A DNA stretch of 64,000 bases, from contig NC_134029.1 of assembly GCF_964204645.1 (NCBI RefSeq), forward strand, positions 6,386,001 through 6,450,000, in the 5' to 3' direction. This DNA comes from Tubulanus polymorphus (Eukaryota; Animalia; Nemertea). Both the position numbers and the translations under genes were made by a program. The notes beneath the pieces were generated by a model. It searched no databases. It saw only the letters and a program-made list of their open reading frames with translations, and was not told where the DNA came from. Shown piece by piece: positions 55,301 through 64,000 of the stretch (position 1 is its first letter; every line of letters starts with the position of its first letter).

Positions 55301-58300
55301 TCTTTATAATAATCTAATTTCTGGTATTTTCTTCAGATGATGGAAGTGGAAAGCCAACTGAAGAGAAAATATCAAAGTGTAATTTATACAAAATTGACAG
55401 GTTCGTTTATAATGAGATGACGCTTTGTAAAAATTTTGATGTAGCTTGAAGTATGTTTCACAGTCATAACTTGACCAAAACATTGGCCTTGTAACTTGTG
55501 AGGTAACTGTATATAGATTAAGATGCAACTGGCTATTCACTGATATTCATAGAATGATCATATTCTCTGACTGATTGTATATTTCAGGGTCAATACTAAG
55601 CTTGTATATCCTTTAATGTATACACACTTCACATGGCTCAAATCGGGGAAACTGCTGTTTGTTCAACAGAGTGATTATAACCAGGATTCTGTATTACAAA
55701 CTGCTAGTTTCGATATTCAGACAAACTCGTGGATAATCAGGTTTGTACTAATCTTTCAGTAAGCATTTTGTAATGATTTAAATGTTGAGTTTACGTAACA
55801 TTACTAAACGCAATTTTTCAGTTCATCAGAATCTGTGGATGGAAGTATTATAGCCATTTCTGTTAGCAGTGAGTCCGGACATGTAGCTGTGGAAGTTCAT
55901 GATGGACTTGTATTTCAATACCTTGAAGGTATGCTGGAAAGGTTTCATTACTCGGCTTTCAAGTTAGTCGTAACAAAGTATTATCTGAAACTTTTAAAGT
56001 CGTTGAATGCCACCTATGTCATCGTTTCAGATAATCAATCGTTAGTTCCATGGCAAACATCTGACGGAATGGAGCTCGCTTTTCCACAGCCATGCACTCA
56101 AATACAAGCTTGTGACATTGGTGGAGAGGTATGAAGCTGCTTTTGCCATTGATACATGATTTAGTTTACAAGAATTCTTATACCGGTAATCAGTCTGAAA
56201 TGTAAAACAAAATGATTTATTTGTAGGAAGTTGTGCTTGGTTTAACAGAGCGGTATCGACTTTATGTGAATAATGTAGAAGTCGCCTCGAATTGTACATC
56301 GTTTGCTTTGCATGAAGAATTCTTACTGTTGACGACTCATGCTCATACGTGTCGATGTATTTGTCGAAAAACTAAAGTTTCCGGTAAGATTTGAATTTTC
56401 TCAGTCACAAAAAAAATCCATTGAAATTTGCCGAACAAGTCGACTGCGCTCCAGTAGAGTTCCTGTACCTGTATGAAGATATTGATAATCAACATCTATC
56501 TAAATATTGCTACCTATCCACCTATATGCGAGGAAGGTTCCATCAAATCGACGAAGGTCCACCCTTATATCTTTTCGCAAAAATTCATAAGGACAGCTAA
56601 ATTTTTGCTTTAAGCTAAAGGCTCTACAGTCTTCAATTGTTAATTTTCAGCTCTACCGTCGCTGTCTGATGGGAAAGCTCATCCATTTGATGAGAGTATA
56701 CGTCGTGTTGAGCGCGGCTCTCGTATCGTAACAGTGGTGCCCGATGACACTAAACTTGTACTCCAAATGCCACGGGGAAATCTAGAAACTATTCACCCGC
56801 GAGCTCTCGTGTTGTCATCAGTTAGAAAGCTTATTGACCAGTGAGTATGAAATAGTATTGAAGCGCAGACAATTCACTGATAACCGATGAACAATGTTGA
56901 AAGTGCGCTCTGTTATTTCAGGCAAAGATATGACAAAGCTTTCATCTGTATGAAGAAACATCGAATCAATATGAATCTCTTGTACGACCACAATCCGTCA
57001 CAGTTCCTCGAATGCGTCGACAACTTCGTCAAACAAATTCAGGCTGTGAATCATATAAACTTGTTTCTCACCGATCTCATGTAAGTTAATTTGTAATAGC
57101 GATACCCCAGTAGTAAATATTTTGGGATTCACACGCAAATTGATGGTCGAAAATGTGAGATTGCTCTAGTGATATTATATCTTAAGGTTCATTTCTATCT
57201 GTTTTAGCGATGATGATGTGACACAAACCATGTATACCGCTGCTTATAACAAAGATTCAAACAGTAAAACTAATGTCAACAAAGTGGATGTAATATGCGA
57301 CGCTGTCAGACATGCTTTGGAACAATTCGATAGCGACAAGTACGTTCACTGGCAAAGGCTGCCCAGATTTATTCTAAGACTACTAGTACGGTCTTTTTTT
57401 TCGTGTTTCACTTGTACTTATGACCATGCTTGAAATTTATTGCAGATATTTCCTGTCAATATTAACTGCGTATGTTCGCAAGAAAACTCCTGATTTGGAA
57501 ACGGCTCTGCTTCGAATAAAACAGTTGAGAGGTGTGTATCTCGGAATATCTACAAGATGGAAGATATATCTTGTAACGACACAGAACAACAGTCACCATA
57601 TTTACGTTACTATGATATTTGGTGGCCCTTTTCCATCATTACTTTAAACTAGAAATTCCCTTCCTCTTTCAGATGCTGTTTCAACTCAATCGAACCAAAC
57701 ACCGGTGCATGTGTCACCTGAAGAAGCGCTGAAATACTTACTGTTTCTGGTCGATGTAAATGAGCTGTATGACGTTGCACTGGGAATGTATGATTTTGAT
57801 CTAGTCATTATGGTTGCGGAAAAGTCTCAAAAGGTAAGTTCCTATTGTCTCAGTGATATACGATGTACCAATATCTTAGTGCGCAGGCTTAACTTAACGA
57901 TTTATTCCTGTCATTTCTTAGGATCCGAAGGAATATTTACCTTTCTTGAATCAACTGCGACTTTTAGAGGAAAATTACCAACACTACTCTATCGACAAGT
58001 TCTTAAAGAGATATAAAAAGGCTCTGGAACACATATCAAAATGTGGTTAGTTTACAGACATTTCAGTGTTCAATATTTTGACACTATCTATAACATTAAA
58101 AATCTCTTTATGTATTTTTGATAACATGTATAATGTTTATGTTTTTTTAATTTCATAGGTCCGGATCGTTTCCCTGAATGTCTATCGTTGGTCAAGGAGC
58201 ATAGACTTTATTCACAAGCTTTACAGCTGTATCCGAATTCTTCTCAAGAATACCAGGTAAATATTTCGGAATTCTTGAGATTATTTCTACTAACTGTTTA

Positions 58301-60160
58301 GGCTTCATTTTGCGATTCTATCTGTGGATTTTCTGTGAAAACACATCTTTGTATTTCGCAGGAATTGTCTTCAATCTATGGCCAGTATCTGAGCGATAAA
58401 AAACAGTATGAAGAAGCTGGTATCATCTACTGCAAAGGGCAGCATTGGCAACAAGCGTTAACCGCTTTCGAAGGATGTCTGAATTGGAGACAATGTTTTT
58501 GCATGGCTGTACAGCTGAATTACAATGGAGATCAGATGAAAGATTTGGCTCATCGTTTAGCAGGTCAGTTCAGATTACTCTCAATTCGTCATACAGTTAA
58601 TAACCTACTTTGAAATCATCGATTTTCCGGTTTTCATATTGTTTTATGTCTGAAAAATCGTATCTTATTTAGGTGAATTGAAGCTTAAAGGATATCATGC
58701 AGATGCCGGTTTCCTGTATGAGCAATATGCGGATGATTATGAAGAGGGTATAGTAACACTTATTGAAGGCCAAGTTTGGGAGGAAGCATTAAGATTAGTG
58801 AGTTCATTCAAACCAAATTTCCTGGATTTCACATTAGTGTCTTCAATGTATGACGATATATATAACGGAAATATCTGAATTTTTCAGATGTACAAACATC
58901 GGCGGTTGGATTTTCTGGAAACGAACTTCAAGCCGGCATTAGAGGATAACTACAATTCATATGTTCAATTGCTCGATTGTTTAATCGCGGATTTCGAACG
59001 ATATTCGCTACGGTTGAACAGAATCAGAGAAGAGAAAGAAAAAGATCGATTAGAACTTTTAGGTGAACGAACGATGGACAACTTCAGCGTTTATTATATG
59101 CCTGAAATCTCGAGCTCTAAGAATTTTATATTCTGCCAAATATCGTTTCAGAAGGTGAAGGCCATTTCAACCATGCTGACGCAGATTTATTTTCTGATAC
59201 TAGCAGCGCAACTGGTGATTCGGTCGTTAGCTCGCGCAGTCAAAAATCATCTGTTATGACGAGAACCACGGGGTATTTTGAATAGTTTTAATTTCTTAAG
59301 CTTTAGTAAGGGATGTTGAACGGATGTTGAACCAAACAATAGGTTCTCTGGATGGAGTGCTTTTACTTTATTTCTCTGTATTTTCCAAACAGGAAATCGT
59401 CGAGGAACAAAAAGAAATCTGAGAAGAAAAAATGGAGCCTGAAAGAAGGAAGTGCTTATGAAGATTTAGCATTGGTTGATGCACTGGCTAAAATCATCAC
59501 AAGAATTGATACTTTGAAAGGTAAGAAAACAGCTGTAATACATGATAATTGTAGCCATAGTTTTTTAACGAAACATATTCCATCTCATTTCAGATGAAAT
59601 ATCACCATTGTTAAAAATGCTAGTATTGTACAGTTATGAGAAACAGGCTTCACATCTACAAAATACGCTTCAAATGTCTGTGGCCCGAACAGAAAAAGAA
59701 ATCCCAGTTATTTGGCAAACTAATGACCAGGAAGAAGTGGTAAGAAATGTTCATTTTAATACCTTTCTTATATTCGCACCATTGTTTACATAAGGAATGA
59801 TAACAGATGACCCTCCTTCTATGTTTAAGGGCCATGCATTTTTGGAAAGTATACTTTCTAATCGTTTACTTTGCTGCTTGAATAACCCTAGATTTTCTCC
59901 TTACAGTCTCTTGGACCTGAAGCGACTGCCAATACTATAGCACAGGCTGTGCAGCAAGGTAGAAGTCTTATCCGGTCAGAATTGGAAAAAGGTACGATAT
60001 AGATGAGATACTCAAATCACAAAAATGACTGTACAGCGTGCTCATGATGATAATACTGGTAATGACATTTTCTTTTTCAGATCCTGTCCTGAAGGCTCCT
60101 CCTGTTATAAAAAACTCTACAAATAAATGGTCTTTAAATATTTTAAATGAGAAATCTTGA
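52397..60160 (+). CDS. ELP1: Elongator complex protein 1 (IKBKAP)
   Basis: 29 GT-AG coding exons traced from MRNLKL (52397) to [11 protein letters not shown] (60160). Motifs: [90 protein letters not shown]. Confidence 0.97.
54454..54652. mobile_element. hAT-like MITE in an ELP1 intron
   Basis: TIRs cagggtggccact / agtggccatccta; internal ctggaaaa and gggaatttg subrepeats. Confidence 0.6.
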
Positions 60161-60659
60161 AATATCTAGTTAATATAAATAAATGTAGATATTGATGATA
60201 TTAATGAAATATTTTGACTTAGTTTGTTCCGTCTCAGTGATCATTGGATTTTGTTGATTGTTCAATTTTGGGACAAAATATTAGTATCCACGAATGTCAA
60301 GAAAATTCAAGTCGTCCGGAAGGGCAGAAGCAAAGGGGACTGAAGAAACACGGAGAGATCGGCCGGTTTACGAGAGAGAAACATTAGTACTGATCCTGAT
60401 AAAGCCAAGCTCTGGGAGCACCAATTGGAGCACTCCTAATCTTTCACCATGGATGGAGCCGTTCTTGTCCCGTTCCCTCCTGCGATTCAAATGAATGGTT
60501 AATAAAAACCACTATTCTAAACAAAAGTGTCACAATTAATCAATTAAAGCGTAAGATATTGGTTATTATTCCCAATTTCATGTGGTAAAACCGATGTCGA
60601 AAGAAATTAATTCCATATTGATAAAGGACTATTTCTTGAGATATCCCTGCGCGTCTTGG

Positions 60660-60783
60660 CATCAAAATGGCCGCCAAGATTTCATAAATTTGTAATTTCT
60701 CACGGAATGAGCACTTTTTAGACGCCTGTCATCGTTAATATCGTTCGGACAACTGACTTGCAGTTTCTACAATAACTCAGAAG
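60660..60783 (+). promoter_or_regulatory. Probable non-coding first exon/promoter of the PCM1-like gene, YY1 motif
   Basis: caaaatggccgcc at ~60663 and donor aag|gtaaat at 60783/60784, followed by a CpG-rich first intron. Confidence 0.5.
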
Positions 60784-61265
60784 GTAAATGAACAATTATA
60801 GAAAACGGAAATATTTTAATGCGGCTGCGTAAAAGTTAGATTTAAGTGGGTCTCTCGCGCGTTGCCTCGATGCCCGCCGCGGCAAATCTCCATCCTTCAT
60901 CGCATCGGCATAGCATCGCATCATCGTCCCTCCATCCACTACGTACTTTGACGTCATAATGCAATCTCATGTCCGAGGCAAGTCTACGTACTAGAGATGA
61001 GATGCTTCCCCCTGTTGCACCTCTAGCTAGACATTTTTAAGGCCTACGACTGATTTAGCCGAGTCAGCCCGAGTGAGTGTCGAGGTGAGAGGATTCATAT
61101 AAATCAAATTGAGGATTCGATTGGCCTACATACTGCGGCTGGCCCGGCGTAGCCATCATGAACATGGGTACTTTAAAAAGTTTATAGTTGCTGCAAGTGA
61201 CTGACAAATTAATGTGTGTAAGCTGAAATGTTAAATATTAAGTAGGCCTAAATGAAAACGCAGTG

Positions 61266-61696
61266 AGTGGATATTTTATTGTATACGGCTGAGTATTTAT
61301 TTTCGCTATATTACCGTACATCGTCGCTGACTTATGCCGCGCATGCGCACTGAGGTACGCGACTTAGAAAATTCAAGAAAAGTGTGGAGAACAGAGTTAG
61401 AGAAAATAGAGCGGATAGAGCGAGACTGGAACCCGGGCCAGTAGATTACTAGCGCAGCGTCATACCACTAGACCACCGAGCACGCTGAAAACCACCCGAA
61501 TGTTTTAACTCTATAGTACCTCACCTTACCCTAATCCTATCCCTAGGGGTAGAACGGAACCTTCTGGACCCTCTCGACACTAACCCTATCGAAACCCTAA
61601 CCCTAAACCCAATATAATGATTTTTTAGTTAATAGTAAAATAGTACGGTAAAATAGCAGAAGTAAATACTTTGCGGTATACGGTTAAATATCCACT
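61266..61696. mobile_element. TIR element containing a tRNA-like cassette and CCCTAA-like repeats
   Basis: 54-bp TIRs 61266-61319 / 61643-61696 (44/54). Minus-strand A box tggtctagtgg and B box gggttccagtc at ~61420-61485; ccctaa-like units at ~61520-61610. Confidence 0.7.
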
Positions 61697-61779
61697 TCGA
61701 TTAAATATCCAGCCCTGGGTTCGACCAATGTTTAATTCGATTGAATTTATTTACACATATGTTTTTTTGCAGAGGCAAA

Positions 61780-63785
61780 ATGGCCAGCAGTGGACGACTT
61801 CCAAAGAGTGAGCCTCGTAAAAAAGGGTCGTCTTTTCGCTCAAATTTTAGCGATGGATTGGATGAACGACCTTCATACATAGAAGGTGCCTCACAACAAT
61901 CGACAGTAGTAGGACGACCTAACAACTGGGTAAGCGAAAAATAAGAACTATATCAAACTTTCTCTAATGATGATTTGATAAGGCCTAGTTGACTTAGGTG
62001 ATTAAGTGAATGATCACTAAGACACTCGACAAGTGAACAGTGAACAATGAGTTAAGAAGTCCCACAATAGTTATATACGATGAAATAAGTAAAATTAGCT
62101 GTTGACAATAAGCCATCATCAGGTGGAATGACCAGAAATAGTAGTAATATCTTCTGTTAACCTTAGTTCTAACACAATTGTTAAGTTCTTCTGTTTCTGG
62201 TCATTCCGCCTGATCATTCCACCTGTTAATCAACAGCTGAGACGTGGTTTCATTTTGATAAATTTTATCATATAAAATGCTATTGTGGAACTTCATTCAT
62301 CTACGGTTTACACAGATAAGTTTGTTTGTTTGTTTTGGCTTTACGTCGCTTGGATCTTGGTTTCCCAAGACTAACCCTATTGGATTATTCATTTAACCTC
62401 ACGAGGGGACATCCATTGAAGTGTTGCTCACACTGTAAGCAACCAGCAGGACTTGAACCCACTTGGGACTCTGTACTGATAGTGGATGCAACAGCATCAC
62501 GCCTTATCTCACTGAGCTACTGGATCACCAAATTCATCCCCTAGGAATAAATAATTTGATGGCTTGGGTAGGACTAGTGATAGCGGGAATTCCTCTATTT
62601 GAACTGAATACGCTCTACCTTTTCCGTAAAAGGGTAGGGTAATCCGTAAACCTGATAGAAGGCTGATAGAGAGTTTTCAATGTGGAATTGCTGTTGTGAA
62701 ACTGGAATACGTTCAATTGAAACCTGCCTTGATAACACAATAAGCCTAAGTTCACAAGTGTTGGTGAGAAATAGCCTAATCGAAAAAAAATTGAAATCGA
62801 CTATTAACTCGAGAACATGCAATGAATTCATTTTTATTAGGACATTGAATTTTCAACTTGTTTCATTCGCAGGTTTTCTCCATAGGACCTCACTAGCTCT
62901 TACTTAAAATCTAGTTCATTAAGCAGGCCTATATGAGGTTACATTTTCTTGCAAGTTTGCCGAGTATGAGAATTTGTGGATTGATTATGAAGTGCACTTG
63001 TGTTAATACAGAACTTTGCGAACTAGGTCATAATATTTTTGGTTAATTTGATTCAACGGTACTTGTGAATAGGGTAGCTCTTTTTTAGTCCATTGTTACT
63101 GTCTCGCATTATTAATAGGCTCAACTTACTCGACAGCAAAGCCGCAGTGTTTAATCATTACGTCTGAGGTCAACGCAATCATCTAGAGTGACTGATTTCA
63201 TGCGTTAGGTTAGGATTCCAGGAATATAGAAACATTTCATCTGTCATGTCTGTGAATTGAATTCTATTTGAAAGAGAGAGAATTTCTTTTTCTGATTTCA
63301 AAATCGCGTAGCAAAAGAGGAAAATTTTGAATTCATGTATGAATTTCTGTATGCGTTTGAACGTAGTACAGTAAATTGAACTATTTTGAATAGATTTAAA
63401 GCTCATTTGTAACCGTGGAACTGAGAGGTTTAAGGAATTTTGAGAAGCGTTGTGACATACTTATATAGCCTGTCTGTTTTTCCTTCAAAATTTGTGTTAA
63501 ACAATAACCTATCATTCGACTTTTTCCTCTTTTTTTCAGGATTTTTCTGATTGGAGACCGAGTCTCGGCTACAACAGCGGCAAACGCATCAAAAAGGAAA
63601 ATCCCGATAAAGAACGCGATAAAAAAGAGAAATCGTTGATTACACAAGATTCGCCGCCGAGTCACATACGACATCACACGCCGTCGACGTTCCCTCGTAC
63701 CCGCATAACGGTCGATACGCCGGTCGCCGAGAGAATGGCGCTGGAAAACCTGAAACAACAGCTGAATTTCAGCGACGGCGATGAG
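61780..63785 (+). CDS. PCM1: Pericentriolar material 1-like protein, first two coding exons (continues beyond the window)
   Basis: Exons 61780-61929 and 63540-63785, next acceptor at 63992. RPNNWDFSDW and TPSTFPRTR...ERMALENLKQQLNFSD resemble the recalled human PCM1 RLNNMDW and TPHTFPHSR...EQAELEKLKQRINFSD. Confidence 0.75.
62097..62238. repeat. Foldback/palindromic element
   Basis: Inner arms 62118-62141 / 62191-62214 (22/24) and outer arms agctgttga / tcaacagct. Confidence 0.65.
62320..62527 (-). mobile_element. tRNA-derived SINE
   Basis: Minus strand: A box tagctcagtgag, B box/T-arm gtgggttcaagtcctgc, unrelated body, tail gacgtaaagccaaaac(aaac)n. Confidence 0.75.
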
Positions 63786-64000
63786 GTAAATTCAATTTTG
63801 CAATATTCATCAATTCTTGGGATCATTTAAAAACCACTATAAACAAAATCGATAGATAAAAAGCAAATTTTAAAAGCCACCCTGTATGATTAGAATTCTG
63901 ACAAAAGGTGATAAGAACAAACTTTTAGTGTTTTTCTTCTTTCCTTTTTTTTTCAATCAAAATTGAGTGCGTTTTTTGTGTGTAATTTTCAGTTGAGTGT

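Noticed and set aside
52397-60160. U12 or GC-AG introns in ELP1 and neighbouring genes
   Set aside because: All traced introns are ordinary GT-AG with no GTATCCTT donor.
61520-61610. Telomere or chromosome-fusion signature
   Set aside because: Only a few degenerate CCCTAA units, located inside a TIR element.
61420-62527. Functional tRNA genes at ~61420-61485 and ~62438-62527
   Set aside because: Acceptor, D and anticodon arms do not form canonical cloverleaves; both are embedded in repeats.

Overview
Intron-rich, AT-rich animal (invertebrate) genomic DNA, not prokaryotic; no CRISPR array or rRNA was seen. The left ~42 kb is CpG-rich and holds one large + strand soluble guanylyl cyclase gene (H-NOX, PAS/HNOBA, coiled coil, cyclase, then a ~620-aa low-complexity tail). 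Its first H-NOX exon could not be located. The right ~22 kb is a compact, CpG-poor cluster: two tandem paralogous single-pass membrane microproteins (+), TIPIN (-), SLC39A11/ZIP11 (+), TIMM8 (-), ELP1 (+, 29 coding exons traced) and the 5' end of a PCM1-like gene (+). Several MITE-like elements, a tRNA-derived SINE and a (TA)n microsatellite are scattered through the window. Most notable observations: (1) the sGC combines an intact beta-type, NO-selective heme pocket with an alpha-type catalytic half lacking the Asn/Arg pair; (2) a phase-consistent chain of antisense exons interleaves with the sGC gene; (3) the microprotein pair; (4) a decayed Penelope-type minimal hammerhead inside an inverted repeat; (5) a TIR element carrying a tRNA-like Pol III cassette. 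All exon boundaries and homologies were inferred by eye and from recalled family sequences, with no database search.
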